Positions 8,897 to 17,537 of a DNA stretch of 36,975 nt are shown piece after piece (positions within the stretch are counted from its first letter, which is position 1; every line of letters starts with the position of its first letter). A model generated the notes under the pieces. It was not told where the DNA came from, ran no database searches, and was given only the letters and a program-made list of their open reading frames with translations. The position numbers were made by a program, and so were the translations under genes. Source of the stretch: a virus. Its lineage: Duplodnaviria > Caudoviricetes. Where the stretch lies: IMG/VR virus record IMGVR_UViG_3300027282_000090, positions 1 to 36,975 of that record; one strand, given 5' to 3'.

Positions 8897-10909
8897 TTAC
8901 CCTGCGCAAATTCTAAAAGTATACGGCTCTTGCCAGGTCTCCAGACCTTCAACATTGGTCAGATCGAACTGGCAGACGCCGGTGATATAATCAATCGTGC
9001 CGGTGATCCCGTTGGCCTTGGTGTTTCCCGGCCATGAGGTGTGCGATACCGGCACCGGGATATCCCAACCAGGTGCGGAGAGATTACCGGCTCCATCATC
9101 GCGCAGAGCATAGACGTGCTGGTAACTGGAAAAAGCGATCAGGGCATTGATTGACACGCTGCCCGGTTTGATCGGTGTCTGCGGCAGGGTGATGGTGCAC
9201 AGGCCGTTTTGGTTGGCCGTTGTCGCCCCGGCCACCAGTGGGTATTTTTCATAGTCGATGGTGTATTCACCACCGGCAACCGGCAGAGCCGTCGGCCTGA
9301 AGGCAAACTCGCCGGTGGCGTAGTTGATCCAGCCTGTTGCGTCTCCAGTGAGATACCCGAGACCATCATCGGTAGACGTTCCGGTGCCGCCCGCAGCGAC
9401 CGGCCAGGTCATTGTAAATGAGCCTGGGGCGACAGGCTTATGGGCCAGCGTGTGGCTGATCTCCGCAACGTCGATTGATACCTCTCCGGACAGGTCGACC
9501 GTTTCGATCGGGTTTGCCCAGTTGAAGATGATCGCTGTCTCCACATCGGGCAGCGCTCCGCAGGTAAGGATGATGCTGCCGGTCGCATAGTTGACCGTCC
9601 CGGTCCCGGTATTTGCGATATCCGGGATGAGGACGCCGTTGCCGTTATCGCGGAGCCGGTACCATTTGCCCTGGGCCATGTAATCGACCCAGATGCTTTT
9701 CGGGATCGGCAGCGGATCCAGGATCGCGGTGTAGTTGTAGCCTCGATTCGACAGCTCAACATATTTAAAAAGGGTGTTCGGCACCCTTGGCACCTCGACA
9801 CCGACGACAGCGGATACCGACATGTTTGCCGTATATCCGGCGCTGATATTGGAAAAGGTCACGGTGCCGGTCGAATACTCGACTATTCCAACCTGGCTTG
9901 ATCCTGCCATCAGGATCCCGTTGCCGTCATCGATGTAGGTGTGGGTTGAGCCGATGACAGTCAGAGTCTTTGGCTTGATGCCTCTGCCGAAGTGGAGTTG
10001 GGCGTTGTTCGCGACGGCAAAGGAGGCAACCGTGAAGTTATACGCTGATCCGCTGCCGATAACCGGCCCGGCCTCACCGACATTTAAATCCACCATCGGC
10101 GCTTCGCCCTGGGCGGACGGTACAAGGTGGGTGAAAATCGAATCGACATTGATCTCGATGTCGCCTGCGGTGATCTGTTCTGTCGGCAGCATTACCCCGT
10201 AATACTTCGAAGCATCGGAAACTATGGTGGTATAAACGTTGGTTGGCAGAGAATCGTTCTTGCTGATTTCAACGCCGGGGAACGTATCGCGCAAGGGATC
10301 ACCAATCTCCACCTTGATGATATCGCGCCTGAAGGCCATGGCCGTTGCCCCGTATTCAGAGCTTTCAGAAGTTGCATTAAACTCGGCGCTTGTTGCTTCA
10401 ACCTTTGTGACCCGTACAAACTGCTGAACCTCGTTGGCCAGGCCCTTGTCTTTATACAAACAGAGTACGCTGCCAATATCGGGGATCTTGGTCCCTTTAA
10501 TCTGGAACATCAGCAGGGACCTTGATCCTGCAGGCTGATCACCCCAGAGCCAGCCCTGATACCTGGGGCCGACCGTGACATAGGATTCAAGGCGGTTGCG
10601 TGCTGCCGTCCGTTCATCATTCGGATCGCCGGTCGAGAACATGCAGACCGAAACATTCGGATCCTTGGCCGGAAGCGACAAAATAACATGAGCGCCGGAA
10701 TAGGCGTCGGTATCGGCGGTCTGGACTGAGACAAAAGCTTTACGCAGGCTCACCCGGCCATAGACGCGGTCAAGGCGTGAGATATCCGGAAAGAGGTTAT
10801 TGACGTTGCCGTCGACAATCTCCACGCCGGTCATGCGGCCGCCGCCGTCGTCATTGTCGGTGAGGCGCTGCGAGGCCATGAGTTTTACATCTTCGGTTAA
10901 AATCGGCAT
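8897..10909 (-). CDS. Tail/baseplate structural protein, N-terminal part
   Basis: N-terminus DVKLMASQRLTDNDDGGGRMTG.EIVDG..NNLFPDIS.LDR.YGRVSLRK; four P..PGS/DDG.G/G.(I/V).Y.TG repeats; position after the tape measure gene. Confidence 0.8.
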   Translation of the reverse strand: MPILTEDVKLMASQRLTDNDDGGGRMTGVEIVDGNVNNLFPDISRLDRVYGRVSLRKAFVSVQTADTDAYSGAHVILSLPAKDPNVSVCMFSTGDPNDERTAARNRLESYVTVGPRYQGWLWGDQPAGSRSLLMFQIKGTKIPDIGSVLCLYKDKGLANEVQQFVRVTKVEATSAEFNATSESSEYGATAMAFRRDIIKVEIGDPLRDTFPGVEISKNDSLPTNVYTTIVSDASKYYGVMLPTEQITAGDIEINVDSIFTHLVPSAQGEAPMVDLNVGEAGPVIGSGSAYNFTVASFAVANNAQLHFGRGIKPKTLTVIGSTHTYIDDGNGILMAGSSQVGIVEYSTGTVTFSNISAGYTANMSVSAVVGVEVPRVPNTLFKYVELSNRGYNYTAILDPLPIPKSIWVDYMAQGKWYRLRDNGNGVLIPDIANTGTGTVNYATGSIILTCGALPDVETAIIFNWANPIETVDLSGEVSIDVAEISHTLAHKPVAPGSFTMTWPVAAGGTGTSTDDGLGYLTGDATGWINYATGEFAFRPTALPVAGGEYTIDYEKYPLVAGATTANQNGLCTITLPQTPIKPGSVSINALIAFSSYQHVYALRDDGAGNLSAPGWDIPVPVSHTSWPGNTKANGITGTIDYITGVCQFDLTNVEGLETWQEPYTFRICAG

Positions 10910-10925
10910 GTGTTTCTCATTCTTC

Positions 10926-11318
10926 TTAGTTTTCCGACAGGATCAGAAAGCGCAGGGCTTTCAAGAAATATTTTTCATCGTCCGGCGGCGGAATGGTCCG
11001 GAAGACGGGATCCGCCTCGATCGGTTTTTCATTCTGTCTAAACATCACCTGAAAGGACCGGCTGCCGATGACAAGGGTCATCTCTTTGCCCGGCACGGCG
11101 GCTAGTGCCATAAGATCAAGCACCGTCTTTCTCGTAGTCCAGGCCTTGCCTTCTTCGCCGGTAAGGGTGATAGGTCGCCCGGCCTGTTTCGTGGCAATAT
11201 CGATCAGGAGCGCACCGGTAGTCGAGTATTCCACCGACTGTTCGACCGGGGTCCATTCCGTTTCGTCTTCCCACCAGAGGTCTTTCGGCAGGGTGATGGT
11301 ATCGAGCGTGATCATCAT
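10926..11318 (-). CDS. Distal-tail-like protein
   Basis: 130 aa, overlapping the tape measure stop; LPKDL.W.DE..WTPVEQ...S.TGALLI.....AGRPITL. Confidence 0.65.
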   Translation of the reverse strand: MMITLDTITLPKDLWWEDETEWTPVEQSVEYSTTGALLIDIATKQAGRPITLTGEEGKAWTTRKTVLDLMALAAVPGKEMTLVIGSRSFQVMFRQNEKPIEADPVFRTIPPPDDEKYFLKALRFLILSEN

Positions 11319-14300
11319 GCGCTTAGCCCCGCCTGCTCCAAGGCTCTGAAGAATGCTTCCATATCGTCCCCACTGCCGCGCAGGGCGCCGTCTTTGAATT
11401 TCAGTTCATGGACTTTGGCGACCTGGTCCTTGCCTTGGTCCTTGCCCTGGCCCGTTGCTATTGACGAGATTTTGCCGCGGATCCCGGAGGTGAGATCGCC
11501 GAACAGCTCGGCCACTCCAGGCGGGATGGCAAACATTGCCTCTTTGGCGGCGGCGCGTTGTTGCCTGCCGGCGATATCAATCCCCAGCTCTCCGGTCGAT
11601 CCGATCCCGCGCAGGGCCGTCCGTCTTGCCTGTTCCGCAGTGATGCTGCCTGCCCCGCTTTTCAGCGAGCTGTACAGTTCCCTGGCCTGGTCGGAAAGCA
11701 AAAGAGCCTTATCGAGATCGCCGGCTTTCATTGCTTCCCGAGCGGCCTTCTCGTACTCCTTGGCCTCTTTGGCCTTCCTTCGCCATTTCGATTCGGGCGG
11801 AGTTTTGATGTCGAGTTCATCCATCTCCCGGGCAAGCGACTTCTCGCGGCCGGCAATATCATCCTGCAGCGACCGGACCTTATCGGCGTATTTCTGAAAG
11901 GCGGATTTGGCATTTTCGGTGGCGGTTGCTTGTGCTTTCACCCATTCTTCGGCTGAATCCTTGCCGGCTTCCGCCACCGACTCATGGACCTGTCGCATCC
12001 GCTCTTCATATTCTTTCGCGTTTGCCAGGCTCTTTTGCCACTCCTCATCATTGCCGGCGGGACTAAAGGACTCGGCGACCAGGTCGGCCTCCTTTCTTTT
12101 CTTTCGTTCGTCTTCGGCTTCGTGCTCCCGGGCGATCCGCTTCTCTTTTTCCCGGGCCAGCTGTCCGGAACGTTCCCTGGCAAGAAGTGAAGGCTCGAAG
12201 TGAGCGTCCGGAATTTCGACCTTCTTCTGTTCCAGTTCGACAGCAGCCTTCTTTTCCTGCTCCAGCCGCTTTTCCTCTTCCTTCAGGGAGTCCGGTTCTT
12301 TTTCGAGCTCTTTTTTTATCTCCGTCTCAGGACCCGCGGCAGGAATCTCCTGCTTTCTTTCCGCTCGCCATTTCTCCAGGGCCTTCTTTCGATCTTCCGT
12401 CAACTTGTCCGGATCCCATGAATCCATGGCTTCGAGTTCTAAAAGAGTGAAGCCGTCGATGGAGTCGTCTTTCTTCTTTTCATCCGAAGGCAGCTCTTCC
12501 TTCGGCGGTAGTTCTTGTTCGGGCGCTTTTTCTTTTGGCTTGTTTTTGCCTGCGACTTCCTTGTCGATTTCTTTCAGCCGCTCTTCATACGCCTGTCTTG
12601 CGATCTCGATATTCTTGTCGATCTCGGCGGTATCGCCGCCGGTGAGCGCCCGCCACATCTTACGGGCACCGAGCTGCAGCCGGTCAGCCCAATAGATTAA
12701 AGTGGTCATGCCTTTCTGGACGATGCCGAACTGATTCAGCAAGGTGCCGATTTCCCAGCCCACAGCCAGGGCGGCAAAGATTCCACCGAGGCCTCTGATA
12801 ATAGTGCCGAGGCTTTTGGCAGAGGTACCGATCTTGCCGAAAGAAGCGGTCGCGCCGGTGCTGAGAGTTTCCGCGCCTTTGCCAACCTTGCCGAAAGAGG
12901 CGAGAGATTCGGTACCGAAGAGGGTCGCGGCATTGCGCAGCATGTCGAAGATCTTTTTCACGCCGTTCAAGATTATCGCGCCACTGACAAAAGCGACTAT
13001 CGCACCGGACAGCTCCGGAAACCTGGCGGTCAGATCGGCAATGGGTTTCAGCAGGGCCGTCAGCCACTCCGCGCCTTTCTGCACTGCAGGCAGCAGCCCT
13101 TCGCCGATATTGCGGACAATCTCGAGCACTGCATTTTTCAAGAGGATCAATTGATTGCCGGTGGTCTCCGACTGTTTCTTGAATTCCTCATTCATCGCCC
13201 CGGCATAACTCGAAGCGTCAGCCACCTGGCTGAGAGCATCCTTATAGGTCTGCATGCCGTTAACCAAGGTGGCGATATCGTCCTGGTATTCGGTGCCGAA
13301 CAGGCCGGTAAGTACCTCGCTCTGCGCGCGTTTGTCGAGCTCGGCCAGGCTGGCGAGCAGATCTTCGATCGCCTTCTGCGGATCTTTCGCCACCGACTCG
13401 GCCATTTGCTCCGCACTCATGCCGATTTTTTCCAGGGCTTCCTGGAAGGGTCCCGCCTGCATGGTCGCGGTCTGCATTTTGTTGAGCATGGCGTTGATGC
13501 CGGTAGCCGCCGTCTCGGGCGTCTTGCCCAAAGAGAGAAAGGCGGCGGCAAGGGCCGCGGTCTTATCCCGGGCAAGACCAAACTGCTGGGCGGTACCGCC
13601 GACCCGCAGCATGACCTCGACGATGCTTTTTTCATTGGTGGCCGTGGTATTGCCGAGCTTGTTGATGGCGTCGCCGAAGGTCTCCACCTCGGGAATGCTC
13701 AGGTTGAAGATGTTCTTCAGCTTGCCGATCGCGTCTCCGGCATCATCGGCCGTCATATCGAAAGCTGTTCCCATCCTTGCCGCGACATCGACAAAGGATT
13801 GAATATCGCCGACAGCAAGACCAAGGGAACCGCCGGCCGCGGCGATGGATGCCAGTTCGGCGGCATTCATCGGGATCCTGCGGGTCATCTTCTGCAGGCC
13901 ATCGCCAAGATCGTCGATCTGCTGCCTGGTGCCGTCGACAACTTTTCCCACCTTGGCCATGGCGGTCTCGTAGGAAATAGCCTCACGAACGGGAAAGGCG
14001 GTGCCGGCGATCGCCCCGCCGATCTGCAGACTCTTGCTGCCGATACCGTCAAAGGCGTCGCGCCAGGAGAGAGTTTTGCTTCGCAGCTCGTCAATCCTTT
14101 TGCCCATGGCGAGCTTTGCCAGGGTAAGTTCTCGCATGCTGGCCTTGCCGGAGGCAGCAAGCGTCCGATACGCCTCCTTGACCTTTTTGATCTCGGCATC
14201 AGTGCCGCTAAGACCAAGGATTTTCCTGGCGTTCTGCATCTTCGGCGGATTTCCGATGGCGGCGTACAGCTCGCGCTGCTTTTTGCGCAGGGCTTCAAGT

Positions 14301-14824
14301 GCTCGGACCTGGTCCTTTGACGACAGGGTCCCGGCGGCAGCGGCATCGCGGTAGACTTTCGTGAGCCCGGCCATCTCCTGGCGTACTTCGCCGATAGTTT
14401 TTACCCCGAGCAGGTTGCGCATCGCCTGGATCTTGGAAAGGCCGTTGATCGACTGCTTCAGCCGGTCGTACTCGCCGGTGAGGTTCTTGAGGTCGAACCC
14501 GGCGGTACGCATGGTTGAACGCTGGCCGTCGATGACATCCTTTTGTTTACGGATCGCCGTTCCGAGTTTGTTCACTGCAGCAACGGACTTCTCGTACTCA
14601 CCGGCCATCGCCTCATTGCCGGGCTTGGCCATCTCCGCCTTGAGGCCGCGCATCTTTTCTTTCGCGGCGACAAACTGATCGTTCAAGCCCTTGAACTTGT
14701 CCAGCATGGCCTGAAACGATTCAACCTGCTTCAGCGACTTGAGATCGTCGCTCAGCTGCTTGACTTCGCCCCGGCCGGTGTAGGCGGCCTGGATCTCGTA
14801 GACTATCTTGCTTGCGGTGGTCAT
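11315..14824 (-). CDS. Tail tape measure protein (TP901-family-like core)
   Basis: 1169 aa, Ala/Gly-rich and helical; AISYETAMAKV.K...IPM.A.ELA.IAA.GG core and E.AATGIN; follows the tail chaperone. Confidence 0.93.
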   Translation of the reverse strand: MTTASKIVYEIQAAYTGRGEVKQLSDDLKSLKQVESFQAMLDKFKGLNDQFVAAKEKMRGLKAEMAKPGNEAMAGEYEKSVAAVNKLGTAIRKQKDVIDGQRSTMRTAGFDLKNLTGEYDRLKQSINGLSKIQAMRNLLGVKTIGEVRQEMAGLTKVYRDAAAAGTLSSKDQVRALEALRKKQRELYAAIGNPPKMQNARKILGLSGTDAEIKKVKEAYRTLAASGKASMRELTLAKLAMGKRIDELRSKTLSWRDAFDGIGSKSLQIGGAIAGTAFPVREAISYETAMAKVGKVVDGTRQQIDDLGDGLQKMTRRIPMNAAELASIAAAGGSLGLAVGDIQSFVDVAARMGTAFDMTADDAGDAIGKLKNIFNLSIPEVETFGDAINKLGNTTATNEKSIVEVMLRVGGTAQQFGLARDKTAALAAAFLSLGKTPETAATGINAMLNKMQTATMQAGPFQEALEKIGMSAEQMAESVAKDPQKAIEDLLASLAELDKRAQSEVLTGLFGTEYQDDIATLVNGMQTYKDALSQVADASSYAGAMNEEFKKQSETTGNQLILLKNAVLEIVRNIGEGLLPAVQKGAEWLTALLKPIADLTARFPELSGAIVAFVSGAIILNGVKKIFDMLRNAATLFGTESLASFGKVGKGAETLSTGATASFGKIGTSAKSLGTIIRGLGGIFAALAVGWEIGTLLNQFGIVQKGMTTLIYWADRLQLGARKMWRALTGGDTAEIDKNIEIARQAYEERLKEIDKEVAGKNKPKEKAPEQELPPKEELPSDEKKKDDSIDGFTLLELEAMDSWDPDKLTEDRKKALEKWRAERKQEIPAAGPETEIKKELEKEPDSLKEEEKRLEQEKKAAVELEQKKVEIPDAHFEPSLLARERSGQLAREKEKRIAREHEAEDERKKRKEADLVAESFSPAGNDEEWQKSLANAKEYEERMRQVHESVAEAGKDSAEEWVKAQATATENAKSAFQKYADKVRSLQDDIAGREKSLAREMDELDIKTPPESKWRRKAKEAKEYEKAAREAMKAGDLDKALLLSDQARELYSSLKSGAGSITAEQARRTALRGIGSTGELGIDIAGRQQRAAAKEAMFAIPPGVAELFGDLTSGIRGKISSIATGQGKDQGKDQVAKVHELKFKDGALRGSGDDMEAFFRALEQAGLSA

Positions 14825-14827
14825 CGT

Positions 14828-15016
14828 TCAGCGTTTCCTGGCCTTGTGGTCTTCAAGGAGTTCTTCGAGCAGCAAATGAAAAAAGGAATAGCCGTACTGG
14901 CGGACATCGTAGCCGGCAATGATCATTCGGCAGACGAGTCGCCTGAACCGCTCTCGGTCGAAGCTTCCGAAAGACCCAGGATGCTTTCGTACCGGCCGAT
15001 CATTTTGGACAAAAAA
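14828..15016 (-). CDS. gpT-like -1 frameshift extension of the tail assembly chaperone
   Basis: Slippery heptamer T TTT TTG at 15016-15010; the -1 frame is open to TGA at 14828 and encodes ...LVCRMIIAGYDVRQYGYSFFHLLLEEL... Confidence 0.7.
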   Translation of the reverse strand, partial: FFVQNDRPVRKHPGSFGSFDRERFRRLVCRMIIAGYDVRQYGYSFFHLLLEELLEDHKARKR

Positions 15017-15270
15017 TCGTTCACCCGGGCGGTCGCCGCCCAGATATCGTTCAACCCGCTCGGGGAAAACTTCGTGTTCAGCTCTTCGGCGCCAAGACCG
15101 GTTGCCGCCGTCACCACCTCGATCGGGATCGGCGAGTCGATCAGCCGTTCCGCCAAGGTTGCCTGCCGGTCAATGGCAAAGGAAGCAAACAGCTTGTCGA
15201 TCTCGGCCACGGTCAGTTCCCGGACGTCGATATCGATACCGGCGACCTTTATTTTTTCTTCTTTTATCAT
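14923..15270 (-). CDS. Tail assembly chaperone (gpG-like)
   Basis: Lies between tail tube and tape measure genes; I.VRELTVAEI...PS.L..IW.....VNDF; start at MIKEEK (15270). Confidence 0.8.
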   Translation of the reverse strand: MIKEEKIKVAGIDIDVRELTVAEIDKLFASFAIDRQATLAERLIDSPIPIEVVTAATGLGAEELNTKFSPSGLNDIWAATARVNDFLSKMIGRYESILGLSEASTESGSGDSSAE

Positions 15271-15287
15271 CGCGTCACTGTTGATCC

Positions 15288-15323
15288 TGGGGGAAGAGGA
15301 GCGAGCGGCCAGGAGAAACCGCC
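15288..15323 (-). other. GC-rich hairpin just downstream of the major tail gene (mRNA stabiliser, attenuator or processing site)
   Basis: On the - strand GGGGCGGGCGGTT-TCTCCT-GGCCGCTCGCTCC can pair fully using G-U pairs; no clear U-tract follows. Confidence 0.45.
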
Positions 15324-15348
15324 CGCCCCAGGGGGAACACATCGTCTC

Positions 15349-16119
15349 TTACAGCGGAATGCCGTTGATCTTGCCGGGGGAGGTCATTCCTTCCGGCGTC
15401 TCGAACGTCATGGCGAACGGCAGCTTCTCGTAATCCGATTCGGGTTCCGAGATGATGCCGATCTCGCTGCCGGAAGCGAGCACCACCGAATAGAACTCGG
15501 CATCGATCTTCTCGCCGGTGTACTCATTCTGGCCGTCGACCATGATCGCTACCCGGATGAGGGTGTTGGTGCCGATGTCCACCCGGTAACCGGATTCGGC
15601 GGCGTAGGAGTAGGAGACATGCAGGGTTGAGCCGTCCGCGATAGTCCCGGTGGAAAGAACCTCGATCATGCCGAGGTTGGCGTTGACCGTGTAATCGGTG
15701 CCGACATCGTAAGTGGTTGTATCGGCCTCGTCTTTGACCACCACGCTCGATACCTTCTTGTTGGCAAGGCGAACAAACTGGTCATGCACGGCAACGATTG
15801 CTTCCGGAGTTCCCGCGTCAACCGTCCCGGCTTCGGCGGTCATGGCGGTTGCCCCGCCGGACAGCCCCCAGGCGAGCGTCTTCGCCAGCCATTGATGGAT
15901 ATCCATGTTGCCTGTGATCGACTTCAACCGGGTCAGGGTATCGAGGGTCTGACCGAAGTTTTCGATCTGACGGGAGATCTGCGATTTCTGCTCCGTCTCG
16001 ACCTTTAGTTTCAACGGAAAAACGTTGCCGACCTTGAAGTAGCCGCCGACAAGTTGCTTGTTTGCGTCGAGCAAACCGAAATAGACGGAGCCGACCAGGG
16101 AATATGCTTTTGAGCCCAT
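15349..16119 (-). CDS. Major tail tube protein
   Basis: 256 aa upstream of the chaperone; G.VY...VGNV..LKL start and internal YDVGTDYTVN..LG.I Ig-like insert; GGAGG ribosome-binding site. Confidence 0.85.
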   Translation of the reverse strand: MGSKAYSLVGSVYFGLLDANKQLVGGYFKVGNVFPLKLKVETEQKSQISRQIENFGQTLDTLTRLKSITGNMDIHQWLAKTLAWGLSGGATAMTAEAGTVDAGTPEAIVAVHDQFVRLANKKVSSVVVKDEADTTTYDVGTDYTVNANLGMIEVLSTGTIADGSTLHVSYSYAAESGYRVDIGTNTLIRVAIMVDGQNEYTGEKIDAEFYSVVLASGSEIGIISEPESDYEKLPFAMTFETPEGMTSPGKINGIPL

Positions 16120-16123
16120 GTAA

Positions 16124-16591
16124 TTATCCTCCGTGCCCTGATGGCACTATGAATTGCAGTTTCATCGTCAGCCAGTAATAGGGGTGAGGCTGCAGGCCTT
16201 CACTCCCTTGCTCCGGGCTGCCGATAGTAAATGGTACTGGGGTTTCCAGCCGGTAAGGCGGAAATGAGCGGTCGTTTGCGATACGGCCGAGAGCCAGTGC
16301 CAGTGTGGTGATATCCCTGGTCCCGGCAATGATGTCGCCTGAAGTGTAGATTCCGGCATGGAGAATGATCCCAAACGGGGCAGGTCGCATAAAATCAAAC
16401 CCGCCGTTATGAATCGCCCAGCGAACCAGAGGAAACTCCTGGCCCTCCTGATGGTCATGACTTTTCGGCGGCAGCATGGTTTCAACGATCTGCGGCGCCC
16501 GGGCGACACCTGAGGGTTTATGCTCAAACCGGAGACTGCCGGTAAGCTCGGCAAGCCGGGCAGTGAGAATAGAGGAAAATTGTTCATTCAT
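16124..16591 (-). CDS. Putative tail terminator / completion protein
   Basis: Size and position between the gpZ-like gene and the tail tube gene; ATGA overlap. Confidence 0.55.
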   Translation of the reverse strand: MNEQFSSILTARLAELTGSLRFEHKPSGVARAPQIVETMLPPKSHDHQEGQEFPLVRWAIHNGGFDFMRPAPFGIILHAGIYTSGDIIAGTRDITTLALALGRIANDRSFPPYRLETPVPFTIGSPEQGSEGLQPHPYYWLTMKLQFIVPSGHGG

Positions 16592-17205
16592 GCTTTTCCC
16601 CCTTTGACGTTGACCTGGTAGTTCAGTTCCTGCATGAAAACCTTTTCAAATTCTCTGGCCAGAATTTCGCCATCCTGGCTGATGACATCGCGGATCACCG
16701 AGTCGACTGGCACCGCCGCCCTGACCACCGGGAACCGGCCGCGGTGTTCGGTCCAGCCCCGATCACCGGGCCGGTGCCTGGTCGGGTAGAGTTCCGGGCT
16801 GTAGTGTTTCGAGTGGAGGCGGATCCATACTTTCTCTTCAGTGGTATATATTTTGGCGAGGAAGGCCCCGGGATAGAGCCGCCTGCCGACTCGGACCCCG
16901 CCCGATTTTCCCGGAATGCCATAGACTGCAGGAGAGCCGATCGAGTAGGGCGAGATGTCCCATGTACCGATCCAGACTCGCAGGGTGTCTGCTCCAGGCT
17001 CGAGAGAGGTGGAGAAGAACCGGCCTTCAAGGGCTTTTTGCGGAATCCGCAGTGACTTGGCCGCCCGCCTTTTGATATAGGTTTCAATCCTCCTGCGCAT
17101 CTTTCGAAGAGTCGAGGTTCTCGCCGCTTCGGCTTGGAAATCTGCGGCTCCGGCCATCTTCGCCAGGTGGTCAAGGAGGCTGTGGTCAATCGTCAATTGC
17201 AGCAT
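16588..17205 (-). CDS. Lambda gpZ-like tail completion protein
   Basis: Basic 205-aa protein; IPQK.L..R, GV.VG.R.YPGAF.A, R.PV and F.QELNY patterns; position in the neck region. Confidence 0.75.
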   Translation of the reverse strand: MLQLTIDHSLLDHLAKMAGAADFQAEAARTSTLRKMRRRIETYIKRRAAKSLRIPQKALEGRFFSTSLEPGADTLRVWIGTWDISPYSIGSPAVYGIPGKSGGVRVGRRLYPGAFLAKIYTTEEKVWIRLHSKHYSPELYPTRHRPGDRGWTEHRGRFPVVRAAVPVDSVIRDVISQDGEILAREFEKVFMQELNYQVNVKGGKA

Positions 17206-17528
17206 CAGGAGATAAACCTCGTGAGCGTAATGCGCAGGAGGATGCCGATCTCTCCCACCTGGCGGATATCATAGTCTGCCCCGTCGATCTTCATCCTGCC
17301 GCCGACCACCGGCTGCCAGCTCAGCTTGTTACGGTCGACCGTCAACCGGATCCCTTCGATCAGCAGGCCGTCCGCCCCAAAGTGACCGCCGGCAAAGGCC
17401 TGGGCTTCTTCCTGGTTGAGACCGGTTTTGACCGCGTCGACGGCAAAACCATCAATATCAACCGGCCGCCCCAGTACTCCGGAAGAGGTGGCGGCGGCAA
17501 GGTCGGCAAGGGCTTTTTCGATGGTCAT
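17205..17528 (-). CDS. Head-tail joining protein (gpFII-like)
   Basis: 107 aa after the capsid gene; P.VGG.M.IDG.DY.I beta-barrel pattern. Confidence 0.6.
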   Translation of the reverse strand: MTIEKALADLAAATSSGVLGRPVDIDGFAVDAVKTGLNQEEAQAFAGGHFGADGLLIEGIRLTVDRNKLSWQPVVGGRMKIDGADYDIRQVGEIGILLRITLTRFIS

Positions 17529-17537
17529 CGCGGCACC

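Noticed and set aside
11423-11450. 12-bp tandem repeat encoding QGKDQGKDQ
   Set aside because: Only about two copies, in frame, in a linker of the tape measure protein; not an array
13151-14320. 389-aa antisense ORF in the tape measure gene (similar cases: 14543..15433, 17742..18563, 27670..28491, 29779..30453)
   Set aside because: Typical antisense shadows of GC-rich coding sequence; no motifs or expression signals noticed
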